In this document: positions 44,538 through 54,732 of the stretch, in pieces
Layout: the number at the start of each line of letters is the position of its first letter
Numbering within the stretch: position 1 is the stretch's first letter
Source of the DNA: Hormiphora californensis
Lineage: Eukaryota; Animalia; Ctenophora
Direction: 5' to 3'
Assembly (NCBI GenBank): GCA_020137815.1
Contig: CM035362.1
Location: 4,774,001-4,838,000, forward strand
DNA length: 64,000 nucleotides
Program-made: the position numbers and the translations under genes
The notes under the pieces: model-generated
Seen by the model: only the letters and a program-made list of their open reading frames with translations
Told to the model about the DNA's origin: nothing
Database searches by the model: none

Positions 44538-46484
44538 AAGAGATAGAAAGGGAGAGAGAGAAAGATAGAAAGATAGAGGGAACCCCCTCCCTCTTGATTG
44601 GCTGACTTATAATACCACACCCAACGTGTTAAATGAATTCGTTACCACTCTTGTTATAGCTCCCAAATTTGGTATACACCATTGTACAGGTTTGCCTTGC
44701 TTGGCCCTCTTTCGATTCCGTGCGCTCCGGAGGGTTAGAACAAAACAGGTTCTGGTTGTACACTTGGGCTGGAGTTTGAATACTATATTTGGTAATTTGG
44801 TTGTATATTTTGGTAGTATACTTTGACTGTGTTGCAAACTGGTTCCAGTCTGTCACGTGCTTTTGTTATGATCGTTCTAACGATCTCGAAGGTTCGGAAT
44901 GAGAACACGCGAAATTATTACAGTCTGATTTAAAACATTCTGCTCTAGAAACATGCGTATCGTGTTCTCTGACTTTGGCAAAAATATGCGAAACAGTAAT
45001 TAGAGAATGAGTGTATGGAGTCTGAGTGCAGGAAAGAGATAGAATGGGAGATAGAGAGGAGAGATGGAGAGGTAGAAACCATGGATAGAGAGATAGATCA
45101 ACTTATTTTAGAAGCTTGGCTATGTACTGAGAATTTATTTAGTGTAATTTTTAGAACATCATTTCCTTTCTCCCATGTATCCTCATTACTTGTTTCGAAC
45201 CAAAATAGCTACATTCGGGCTCCGATTTACCGGGACTCGGGAGGATACATTTCCCCCGGAGATCCTGGTAAATTGGAGTCTGACTAACGACTGTCAGTTA
45301 TATCATTTGGCTGATATACTACCTATTTCCAGAAACACAAGTTCCATCATGTAAAAAAAGAAGAGCAGAGATAATGAAAGACGGTCACAACGCATTGCGT
45401 AAAAGATGGGGACTTATATCGCTGGGTATTCTCTGCGTAATATTCCCCTTCGCAGTTTTAGGTAAGAAAGGCCAAGGGTATAAAATATTATCTGAATGAG
45501 AATGGAGATGCTAGAACTTGTAGATTTATATTGATTAGAGAAATAAGGGTAGAGTTGAGTAAATCTGACTATAGTTGTTTCCTCTCCCCTCCCCGCATCC
45601 CATATCCTCTTCTCCACTACATTTAACACACTTTCATTTTCATTGTTGTTATAGCTGACAACGTCTGACATATGCATAGATCAGTCGAAAGCTCTTGTTC
45701 TTTTGAATATTAGTACTGCAAAATCGTTGTTTCTCTTTCATTTATTGGGAGCTAAATACCTGTCACTGTCACACTGTGAATAAAACCAAACCCATTTCTC
45801 TGCGATTAATCGCTACCTTAATTGGGCACTAACCCTCCCTCTATTATAATACCAATGAAAAATGCACAACCCCCTCCGTCTACCTGACTTCTACTATTAT
45901 AGGCCTCACTACAACTCAACTCTGTCTAACAACACCCCTCCAAAACCCCCCTCCTCTCTCTCCTACAGGTGCATTTCTCATCTCACCCCTCTTTATTCTG
46001 CTCGCCTTTGCGTGTATCTGCTGGTGTTTTCTGGCCATCATCTTGGTGGAAATTGAGGACAGAAACACGAGGTTGGAGCCAGTAAGAGAGAATGGACCCC
46101 CAAGCGGGGACTGCGGGGATCCCGTTGATCCATTACCACGGGATGCTGTCCCAAAACGGGATAAATCAGAATAATATTAGAATAAAATTGAATTTTACCT
46201 TTTTTAAGAGTACCAGCTTTAGGAATAGGATTAAATGCTGCCAGCTCGTTTATCAAATCCGTAAAACCTTGACCGTTCATTGAATCTAGAAAAATAATGT
46301 ACTGAGTTGGGAGATTTTTAATTAACTTTTTCTGATTGATTCCTGTATTGTATTACATACCTTCTTTAATTTCCAAAACATCGCTCTCCTTCTTGGACCC
46401 CTCGGTTTTTATATTTTTTGGGCTGTAGTTCAAGTCGTCAAGTTCACCAATCATGGCATCAATATCATCAAGAATTGACTCCAT
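30091..46484 (-). CDS. MRL/Grb7-superfamily adaptor: acidic LD-like N-terminal helices, RA, PH, long Pro-rich region, C-terminal SH2
   Basis: Exons 5' to 3': 46484-46361 (MESILDDIDAMIGELDDL), 46285-46199, 46145-45967, 40015-39853 and 38835-38714 (RA: KTVRVD..TAWDVC..ERTLEDHE), 38483-38409, 35221-35090 (PH: IEGYLHFK..SWSRKFFMLRSSGLYYSTKGKS), 34807-34697, 34553 or 34388 to 34242 (WFYALRVVKYG), 33724-32343 (Pro-rich), 32196-32051, 30599-30091 (SH2: PWYHG..GLFLVRGS..YVLSM..VKHFQI..LVEHYS). Phases are consistent; two clusters of probable 1-nt insertion errors create in-frame stops at about 32783 and about 30455. Confidence 0.85.
30675..31936. mobile_element. 1.26-kb palindromic non-autonomous DNA transposon with TA target site (Tc1/mariner-like)
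   Basis: Arms 30675-31274 and 31337-31936 are near-perfect reverse complements; spacer contains (CT)n; TA at 30673-74 and 31937-38. Confidence 0.85.
33765..33873 (+). mobile_element. 109-bp hAT-like MITE, full copy
   Basis: Perfect 8-bp TSD GTAACAAT. Confidence 0.92.
35406..38193. mobile_element. About 1.39-kb palindromic TTAA-specific element (Kolobok-like, GG termini), outer copy
   Basis: TTAA|GGGTACGCTAACC...GGTTAGCGTACCC|TTAA; arms about 0.6 kb; interrupted by a second copy of the same family. Confidence 0.88.
36286..37676. mobile_element. Second copy of the TTAA element, nested in opposite orientation in the right arm of the first
   Basis: TTAA TSD at 36282-85 and 37677-80; the flanks rejoin to the outer arm sequence (GAATCGTTTAAGCATAGTC); the asymmetric core is inverted relative to the outer copy. 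Confidence 0.9.
38225..38333 (+). mobile_element. 109-bp hAT-like MITE, full copy
   Basis: Perfect 8-bp TSD GTTTGCAA. Confidence 0.92.
39308..39416 (-). mobile_element. 109-bp hAT-like MITE, full copy
   Basis: Perfect 8-bp TSD GAATTCAG. Confidence 0.92.
41861..41956 (+). mobile_element. 5'-truncated copy (3' tail only) of LINE A
   Basis: Near-identical to 12638-12730; flanked by GAAGAT on both sides (possible 6-bp TSD). Confidence 0.85.
42067..42162 (-). mobile_element. 109-bp MITE family, internally deleted copy
   Basis: Both TIRs recognisable. Confidence 0.85.
42848..42956 (+). mobile_element. 109-bp hAT-like MITE, full copy
   Basis: Perfect 8-bp TSD AAAGAGAG. Confidence 0.92.
44385..44580. 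repeat. (GA)n-rich microsatellite
   Basis: Long GA run; a similar run lies at 40810-40928. Confidence 0.9.
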
Positions 46485-46737
46485 GACGCAGCCGTTCAGA
46501 AGTAGTAGTAAGCTGTTCAGGGACGAGTTAATACGTTTACATCTAACCTAATCAAAGTAACATATTTAGTGGGTTGTTCAGGACATTCTGCCTACAAATT
46601 TACCGACCGCAGTGTAACAACCACACAAGTAACACAAGTAACACACAAGTTTCAAACTTTCATCAACTACAACGTAAAACTATTTATTGAGGCATGTCAA
46701 TGTTCAAAGCCAAGTGACGCCTCGATAAAGAAAAGTA

Positions 46738-48180
46738 GTGATAACAGAAAAGACGACGATGATCACGAGAAGTCGAAGTATGACCAACATCTACCCTTCG
46801 TCTCCAACGACCCCGGTATGTAAAACCAAAGACCCCAACATCCCACCGAACTCCTTGACCGGAACAACCCTCTTTCCCAACGCCCTTTCCTCCACTCCAC
46901 ATCCTACTTCCTTTCACGGCCAACCTAACACTCCCTACCATATGACCACCGCTGCAAAGCCATGCCTGTGCGGAAGCAACGTACAGGATTCCAATGGAGT
47001 CATACACTGCAAGGTATGCAATGTTGACTACCATGCTGAGTGTGTTGGACTGAAATTCCTCGTGACTGCGTTAGACCTCGTTCCCCAAGGCAGTGAAATT
47101 CTCAAAACACCTGATTGGACTTGTCCATCTTGTATTTACACTGCCCAATTACTAACACCCGGCAACTCGTTACTCAATGTTATTGCTGAGAAAGTAGCCC
47201 AAATGATTGGATCCACACTAAACCCTATCCAAGCTACACCCAACCCTATTGAATCCTCCCTAACCATTGCCACTACCCAACAGCCAGTACTTGAGCCAGC
47301 AGACGTAGCAGATGCTACTATTGTTCCCGCAGAACCTGCATGGAAAATTGCCGGTCAAAAGAAGCCCAGACAGCGCCAAAACAACCAGCCACTTCTAGCA
47401 ACGCCAATTCCTAAATCTGCCCCACCAGCCCCAACAGTACCCCGTGAGAAGTCCCACAGAATAAGAATCTCCTGTGGACCAAATGACCCTGAGAAAGTCT
47501 CGAAGGACCTAAACACTTGCCTAGCAAAGACTCCTATGCTCTTCATGGATACAAATCATGCTGCTGAAATCAGGGTGGGTTTTCCTGAATCAACTGATAT
47601 TGAGTCGATCAAGGATCTGGTCACCAATTCAATCCCCCAGGATGCCACCATATCTGTGGTCTCTGGAACTGCCAAGGTCACGATTCTTCATGTTCCAGAA
47701 AACATAGAAAACTTGTCAACGGAAGAGGCCAAAGATCGAGTACTGAAAACTCTGCAACAGAAAAACCCATGTTTGCTGTCACCGGATGTAACAGTGGTTT
47801 ACATAAAGAGCCACTTCCAGAACAAAGATAAGTGTACAGTTGCCCTAAGAATCCCTGTTCCCCTCCAACAACGCCTTCTCGAAACAGGAAAGGTTTACTA
47901 TGGCTGGTCCCGACTGAATGTAGTTGAGCGATTTCATGTGCCCCAGTGTTTCAAGTGTCATGGGTTTAAACACAAAACAGCGGACTGTACTAGCACTGTT
48001 CTGGTATGTAAACTCTGCGGTGAAGACCACGATGTAAAAACCTGTACTAACCGAGATAAGAAGTTCTGTGTCAATTGCAACAAGTCTCAAACTTTTAAAA
48101 CACGAGCCAGAGATCATCACAGTGGAGAACGGCTGTGCCCATTCCGCCTATCCCTCATTGAAGAACAGGCAAAAAACTAG
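46738..48180 (+). CDS. LINE B ORF1 (PHD finger plus CCHC zinc knuckles)
   Basis: PHD: CLC..CKVC..YHAEC..WTCPSC; knuckles CFKCHGFKHKTADC, CKLCGEDHDVKTC, CVNC..H..C. True ATG probably at 46759 or later. Confidence 0.88.
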   Translation: MITEKTTMITRSRSMTNIYPSSPTTPVCKTKDPNIPPNSLTGTTLFPNALSSTPHPTSFHGQPNTPYHMTTAAKPCLCGSNVQDSNGVIHCKVCNVDYHAECVGLKFLVTALDLVPQGSEILKTPDWTCPSCIYTAQLLTPGNSLLNVIAEKVAQMIGSTLNPIQATPNPIESSLTIATTQQPVLEPADVADATIVPAEPAWKIAGQKKPRQRQNNQPLLATPIPKSAPPAPTVPREKSHRIRISCGPNDPEKVSKDLNTCLAKTPMLFMDTNHAAEIRVGFPESTDIESIKDLVTNSIPQDATISVVSGTAKVTILHVPENIENLSTEEAKDRVLKTLQQKNPCLLSPDVTVVYIKSHFQNKDKCTVALRIPVPLQQRLLETGKVYYGWSRLNVVERFHVPQCFKCHGFKHKTADCTSTVLVCKLCGEDHDVKTCTNRDKKFCVNCNKSQTFKTRARDHHSGERLCPFRLSLIEEQAKN

Positions 48181-48182
48181 AT

Positions 48183-51128
48183 ATGTCTAAAGTTCCCTCT
48201 CTTAGTTTCGGAAACATCAACTGCTGCTCGATTCGCAACAAAACAGAGGAAGTCTTGGTACTAACTATGGATCAGGAAATAGATGTGATGTGTGTAACCG
48301 AATCTTGGCTATCTCCAAAAGAATCTGCTCTATCAAAGGAGATAGAAGAATTCCCCTACAAGCTGCTCAGTGTTCCTCGCGGTAGCAGAGGTGGTGGAGT
48401 TGCCATTGTTTACAGGAAAGAACTAAAAGTGAAACGATGTAAATCTCGTAAAGTCTTCTCGAGCTTTGAGTTGCTGGAAGCAATACTTGATGGACCTGGA
48501 ATAGACCTGACGAGAGTTGCTGTTATCTACCGTCCCCCTGATTCTTCCAAACAGGCGATCTTCCTTGAGGAGTTCGAGGAGTTTCTTTCAGTGTTTTCAT
48601 CGAAGTCTGGACATCATCTGATAACTGGTGACTTTAATGTTCACGTGGAAAAACTGCTCTGTCCATTCGCCCAAAGTTTCTTGCAAATACTTGAGGATCA
48701 TTGTTGGATACAGCATGTTCGAGAACCGACTCACCTCCACGGGGGCACCCTTGATCTAGTACTGACAAAAGATGTCCCACTTCTTGATTCTTTGAATGTC
48801 ACACCTACCCCTGAAGTACCCGACCACTTCTTAGTTGACTTCAAAATGCATTGTGGCTCAGCAAACGGGATCAAACATAAGAAAATGATCACTGGCCGCT
48901 CGATGAAACGAGTCTCTACTGAATTGGTGCGGGATATGATTCTGAAATCAAAACTGTGTCAATCTCCGCTTCCTGAATCAGTCGATGAATGTGTCAAACT
49001 GTATAACACCATACTTGAAGACATACTTGACCAGTTAGCACCGATTGAGGATAAAGTTGTTTCGGAATCCTCTAAGCCCCCCTGGTTTAGTCAAGAGTGC
49101 TATGATGCTCTACACAAACGCCGAAAAGCAGAGCGGAAGTACAAGTCAGCGTACAAGAAAGCCCTTAAACAGAAGCAAAAGAACAAACCAGTCTGCCACG
49201 AAAAAGTTCTAATAGCTGAAAAGTTGTTCATAGCTGAGATCCGGTTTACTAAAACTGTATTCAATCGCACCAGAAGAGAATTCTTCCAACAGCGTCTAGA
49301 GGCAGCAGACGGAAATCATGCTGCGTTGTATCAAATCCTAAACCACCTGCTCGGAAAGGAAAAGACGCCGACCCAACTCCCCTCCACTGACGATCCAGAT
49401 GGGCTTCCAGACCGGATGATCGACTTTTTCACTTCCAAGATCGAGGCAATCTATGAGAAAATTCAGCTTGATCCGGATTTCACAGCCGATCTTCCTGAAC
49501 TGACACCGCGACTAGAAACAGATGCAGAGTTGCCAAAGTTTGCGAAATTTCAACCTGTCTCCGATTCGATGCTGGCTGCTACTGTCCGTGCTATGAACAA
49601 GAAACACTGTACCCTGGACCCTATGCCAACTTCATTTGTCAACGATGCTTTTCCAGCCCTCATTCCAATAGTGTCTAAGATTGTGAACACCAGTCTCACA
49701 AAAGGAGAAGTCCCTGATAGCTTAAAGTCTGCTGTTATTCGACCATCATACAAAAACAGTGACCTAGACCCTGATGAACTTAATAGTTATCGACCAATCT
49801 CAAACCTTTCGTTCATCTCGAAGGTCCTGGAGAAATGCGTCGCTGACCAGCTTACTGACTACGTGGAGAGTAATGGACTGTTCAGTGAAGTTCAATCTGC
49901 TTATCGCTCGAAACATAGCTGTGAAACGGCCACTATCAAGATAGTAAACGACATACTTGTGCAGCTGGATAAAAAGACCAAGGTCATCCTAGTTCTTCTG
50001 GACCTTTCAGCGGCCTTTGACACCATATCTCATGCCAAGCTACTACACCGCCTGAAACATGATTATGGAGTGACTGGAAAGGTATTGAGCTGGATCGAAT
50101 CATATCTTACTAATCGAACAGCTAGAGTAAAGATAGGTTCGGTCGAGTCAGAAGCAAAGTCTATCAGCATTGGTGTTCCTCAGGGTTCCATCCTGGGGCC
50201 CCTCTTGTTCATACTCTACACCAGAGATCTACAGAAAATAGCGGAACTATATGGTCTCAGCCTGCACATGTATGCGGATGATTCTCAACTTTCGATAGCT
50301 TTCACCCCAGAAACTTTCGATGATGTGATAAAGAAAGTTCAGAGCTGCGTGTCTCACATTCGTCTCTGGATGACACAGAACCTGTTGAAGTTGAATCCGG
50401 ATAAAACAGAAGTTCTTATCCTACGAAACAAATGGGATAAATCTACCAGTGATGCCACACTGAACATTGTACAAGAAGAAACGGAAGTCAAACCAGTTGC
50501 TAAGAATCTCGGCGTCATGATCGATAGCGAACTCACGATGTCCCAGCACGTCTCCAGAGTTGTTCAGTCGTGCAACTACCAACTCGTCAACATGTGGAGA
50601 ATTGCAGGCAAACTGAACAAAAAGCAAAAGACCCAACTTGTGAACTCACTTATACACTCAAAAATTGATTATTGTAGCGCTCTACTGATAGGTCTCAAAG
50701 ACAAGGATGTGAAGCGTCTTCAGAAGCTACAGAACTCTGCCACTCGCTTTGTCCATGGTAAACGTAGCAGACGTGGTGTAACAGATCTACGGAAAAAATC
50801 CCACTTCCTACCTGTTAGACACAGAATAGAATATAAGATCTGTATGATGGTATACAAATCCTTGAATAATGGGACGCCTGGATACATATCAGAAATGCTG
50901 CAAAGACGGAAACAAAAACCGATGAGTTTAAGAGTCGACTGTGACACGACAAGACTGGAAGAGGTACACAGTAACTACAACTACAAAACCACTGAGAGAG
51001 CTTTTAGTATAGCTGCTCCGAGGATCTGGAATCGCCTACCTAAAGAAATTCGAACCACGGAAACCTTGCCGATGTTTAAAAAGGCCTTGAAAACCCATAT
51101 GTTTACTTTGGCTTATGGACCTGAATAA
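48183..51128 (+). CDS. LINE B ORF2 (AP endonuclease plus reverse transcriptase)
   Basis: GNINCCSI, CVTESW, GDFN, TLDLV, PDH; SYRPISNL, LDLSAAFDTI, GVPQGSILGP, YADD; C-terminal FKKALKTHMF. Confidence 0.95.
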   Translation: MSKVPSLSFGNINCCSIRNKTEEVLVLTMDQEIDVMCVTESWLSPKESALSKEIEEFPYKLLSVPRGSRGGGVAIVYRKELKVKRCKSRKVFSSFELLEAILDGPGIDLTRVAVIYRPPDSSKQAIFLEEFEEFLSVFSSKSGHHLITGDFNVHVEKLLCPFAQSFLQILEDHCWIQHVREPTHLHGGTLDLVLTKDVPLLDSLNVTPTPEVPDHFLVDFKMHCGSANGIKHKKMITGRSMKRVSTELVRDMILKSKLCQSPLPESVDECVKLYNTILEDILDQLAPIEDKVVSESSKPPWFSQECYDALHKRRKAERKYKSAYKKALKQKQKNKPVCHEKVLIAEKLFIAEIRFTKTVFNRTRREFFQQRLEAADGNHAALYQILNHLLGKEKTPTQLPSTDDPDGLPDRMIDFFTSKIEAIYEKIQLDPDFTADLPELTPRLETDAELPKFAKFQPVSDSMLAATVRAMNKKHCTLDPMPTSFVNDAFPALIPIVSKIVNTSLTKGEVPDSLKSAVIRPSYKNSDLDPDELNSYRPISNLSFISKVLEKCVADQLTDYVESNGLFSEVQSAYRSKHSCETATIKIVNDILVQLDKKTKVILVLLDLSAAFDTISHAKLLHRLKHDYGVTGKVLSWIESYLTNRTARVKIGSVESEAKSISIGVPQGSILGPLLFILYTRDLQKIAELYGLSLHMYADDSQLSIAFTPETFDDVIKKVQSCVSHIRLWMTQNLLKLNPDKTEVLILRNKWDKSTSDATLNIVQEETEVKPVAKNLGVMIDSELTMSQHVSRVVQSCNYQLVNMWRIAGKLNKKQKTQLVNSLIHSKIDYCSALLIGLKDKDVKRLQKLQNSATRFVHGKRSRRGVTDLRKKSHFLPVRHRIEYKICMMVYKSLNNGTPGYISEMLQRRKQKPMSLRVDCDTTRLEEVHSNYNYKTTERAFSIAAPRIWNRLPKEIRTTETLPMFKKALKTHMFTLAYGPE

Positions 51129-51354
51129 ACCTCACTCGGCATTTTATCAGCACCGCACCATCTTCCCGGCACAAATCTACCCGCATAATTTCCTGGGCAC
51201 CCAGTCCAGTTAACTTCACAGTAAATCCGTTGTTTTCCCCCAGGCTCCAGCTCAGCACATAAACGCTTCATTATTCCTTGCCTATACTATTCCTTGCATG
51301 CGGTTCTAAATCTGATCCTGTTTCACAACTTTTGGGAAATAGATCCCTCCCTTG

Positions 51355-51810
51355 GCATTACCTGGTTCGTTCCTGGGTTCCCGTGTCCTGTCTGCTGTCT
51401 CTCGCTATCACTGCCACCACGCCCTACTTCCAGACAAACACGCTCAAGCTCCCCTATATCCCACCTATGACCTGCTTTCTCAATCCTACATCAATTCTAC
51501 CTGGAACTAAATAGTTTACCTCCCTGTCCTTACCTGGTTCGTACCTAGGTTCTCGTGACCTGTCTGCTGTCTCTCGCTACCATTGCCACCACGCCCTACT
51601 TCCAGACCAACACACTCCAGCTCTCCTATATCCCACCTATGACCTGCTTTCTCAATCCTACATCATTTCTTCCTGGAACTAAATAGTCTGCCTCCCTGTC
51701 CTTACCTGGTTCGTTCCTGGGTTTCCCGTGTCCTGGGTGCTGTCTCTTCTTCCAGACCCTCTCTCCAGCTCCCTTACATCCCACCTATGACCTACTGTCT
51801 CTATTCTGCA
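51355..51810 (+). repeat. About 170-bp diverged tandem repeat (about 2.6 copies) in the LINE B 3' UTR
   Basis: Recurring TTACCTGGTTCGT..CCTGTCTGCTGTCTCT..CCCACCTATGACCT. Confidence 0.85.
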
Positions 51811-52052
51811 CCATTCCTTCCTATATTCCTTCCTACATCCCTTCCTACTTTCTACACCATTCCTTCCTACATCTACCTGAGACTTAGTAGAGGGACCACC
51901 CATGACTGAGTCAATGAGTTAATATTTTCAAGTGTGTATTTGTGTAAATTGTTAACATTTTCTGGCCTCTGAGTTGTTTAGCAGAGTTTGAGTAGCTGAG
52001 GTTCCAGATTGGCTGAGTTTTATGCCGAAGAATGAAGAAAGAAGACCCATAC

Positions 52053-52240
52053 ATACCGTTTTTCTCAATACGTTTTTCTCGATAAAAAACTTGTCAAGGA
52101 TACCGTTTTTCTCAATACGTTTTTCTCGATAAAAAACTTGTCAAGGATACCGTTTTTCTCAATACGTTTTTCTCGATAAAAAACTTGTCAAGGATACCGT
52201 TTTTCTCAATACGTTTTTCTCGATAAAAAACTTGTCAAGG
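52053..52240 (+). repeat. Four identical 47-bp tandem units in the LINE B 3' UTR
   Basis: ATACCGTTTTTCTCAATACGTTTTTCTCGATAAAAAACTTGTCAAGG starting at 52053, 52100, 52147 and 52194. Confidence 0.95.
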
Positions 52241-53372
52241 ACTCTTCAGTGAGTGTGTGTTTGAAGGACAGCTAATTTATAATTTATTACCGAATCTGTG
52301 TATATGTGTTTGTGATTGTTTGTTTGTCTGTGAATGTGCTTGTAAGTTTGTTATCATGTTTTTGCATTAACCGTTTTGTATTGACTGTTGATGTTGTGTT
52401 TTGCGTCTGTGACTTTGTGTTTAATCTGTTTTTAATCTGTTTTTATGTCTGTCTGCTTGTTTTGTTTGTTCATCACCTTGTTTCAGTTTTCTATTTTCCA
52501 TTGTTCCTCGTTTTTGTGCATCCAATGCTACTAGGATATGTTTCACTGTCTCTAAGTATTGTTTAAACCGCTTTAGGAAACCGCTGATGTGAACTGTATA
52601 TTTTCACCTCTCAGCCTTGTATCACTTTTATTGGTGTATGGTGTAAGAGCGGGACGAAGTTATATATTAATGTGTGTGACTTTGTGATAAATTGTGCATA
52701 AACTTAAACTTAAACTTAAACAAGTACAAAAAAATTAACCCTGGAAAAGACTCAAACATTTTAAACATGGTCTAGAAAGACACTAAATGGGTTCAAAGTA
52801 CTGGGTCACCTGTGATCCAATGGTCTCCAACGGGTTAAAAAAATTAAAAAACCGCGCCACAAGTCATTCATTTTGAACACCGCCAAGAGGGAGTTCCATC
52901 ACACATAATGATATACAGGACCCCCGCAAATATGTTTTAATGTTATCGTTTTATTCTCTAGACAATGAGCTGTTTTGGCTTCTGTGCTGCGATTGTTCGA
53001 AACTGGTCAAGCTGTTCTCGACCTGAACATTTCCGAGGTTACTTATGTTTTCACAGAGTTGGGTTGTCATATTTTCATACGCTTGAAGCTCCTCTCGTTG
53101 CAGGAGAAATTATTTGAGGGACATTTTAATTTAGCACATGCTAGCTGATTGGTAGGGACTGAGCTGGGCGTCCAACCCCCGCTGTGTCCGGACGCGGAGG
53201 GCATCTATGGTATGGTGCGTGGAGTTAAAACCTCACACAAGCAGGGCCCAGATGCGCAGCCCTGGTGGGGTTCAGGGGTCAGAACAGGCACGGTAAGCGG
53301 GCTGCAAACAGCGTTTAAGAAAGTTTCATCACGAACGGCGAAAATCGAAAGTTTTGACAATTTGGAAAAGTT

Positions 53373-53524
53373 ATGAGGCCCCTCGGAAATGTTCAAGTCA
53401 TGCACAATCAAGTCACGCCCACCAATCACAGCGCAGAACGCGCGAAGCACTCCGCGCGTTCTGAGCTGTGATTGGTGGGCGTGACTTGATTGTGCATGAC
53501 TTGAACATTTCCGAGGGGCCTCAT
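53373..53524. mobile_element. About 150-bp hairpin MITE-like palindrome
   Basis: ATGAGGCCCCTCGGAAATGTTCAAG...CTTGAACATTTCCGAGGGGCCTCAT; about 74-bp arms with two mismatches. Confidence 0.8.
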
Positions 53525-53549
53525 GTTTGGAAGCAGCGCCGCGTATTGA

Positions 53550-53607
53550 CGCGCATTATTTTAAGAAGAAAATCGCTGCAGCGATTTTCTTCTTAAAATA
53601 ATGCGCG
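53550..53607. repeat. 58-bp perfect spacerless palindrome
   Basis: CGCGCATTATTTTAAGAAGAAAATCGCTG|CAGCGATTTTCTTCTTAAAATAATGCGCG. Confidence 0.95.
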
Positions 53608-54732
53608 GCGTAAATTCTGTTTTTGCGCGTGACGTTGCACCAAATTTAATCGCGCGCGTCGTATCGGGCCGGCCCACAGTGGACCCACGCGGACAGGTTT
53701 TGAGCCCCGAAATTGCACGCGCAAATCAATGTCCGCGCGCACACATTTTCAAGAGTTTCCTTCATCTTAAACTGTGCATTGCGCGTTTTGAGAATCTCTG
53801 TGAAGTAACTTTGCGTTTCCCGCCTTTTTGCAATCCCACACAGAGAGTCCCACACACCCCTGAGTGTTGTGTAGTTGATATTATGTTACACACTGCGAAA
53901 GAGATTGGTAGTGCCAATCGATTTCAGGTGTATGCCGTATCGCTACTCTCTGTTTAGTGTGTTCCTAAATCAGATAGATTTGCTTAAATCTGCTTAGCAT
54001 TGTTTTTATATTTATAATTTATTAACTCTAGCTCTACCGTTTCTCCCACTTTCACTCCCCTCACTTTGGCTACGGATACTGATTAACTGGTATTATTCAG
54101 CTTTGATCATGTTACTCCTCGGTGTGTGAACTGTGACTGATAACGATTTTCTGAAAGGGATCTCCCAAGATTTAATTGCTGTTTCATCTCACCGATTTCT
54201 GATTTACTGGAGGTATTAGGTAAGAGTTACTTGCAACAATATGCAATTTGATTTATAGATTTGCTGATCTACCTGTTAAGTGCATACCCACGATTCATAG
54301 TTTTACCCATGATTTATAGTTTTACTGCTAACCCACGGCTGTTCTAACTCACCTCTCCTCTCCCCAGATCTCCGCGATTGCATGGAGAAGATGTGCCTGA
54401 GCTGAGATGTGATTTGCGGTTAAGGTGCATTGATGAGGAATCAAAACACACCCAGTTCGACAGAGTAAACTTCTTTGACCACGATACAAGAGTTCTGATG
54501 ACCAATAACTTTATTTCGGGACCTCCTGATGGACCAAACAAATAGTAGGTAAAAAGTAGTGAGTCTGTTTGAGTTAGTTATTTGCTGTTTCTACACCAAA
54601 TTTTTGGATGGTAAAAATCGCAAATTTACATCATAATCTCACGGTTTTTGGCCAAAAATCGCAAATCTCAATAATCTCAGCTACCCTGAAAATCGCGAAT
54701 GAGGCATGAGATTCTTGCGGCAGGCCCCCCCC

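Larger units (their letters stand above)
46641..52720 (+). mobile_element. Full-length-looking CR1/L2-group LINE (LINE B), just upstream of and antisense to the first coding exon of the adaptor gene
   Basis: Intact ORF1 and ORF2, 1.6-kb 3' UTR, (TAAACT)n tail at 52699-52720; possible TSD ACAAGTA. 5' end approximate. Confidence 0.88.

Noticed and set aside
52053-52240. CRISPR-like appearance of regular 47-bp repeats (also the 45-bp and 30-bp arrays)
   Set aside because: Units are head-to-tail with no unique spacers, there are no cas genes, and the context is eukaryotic.
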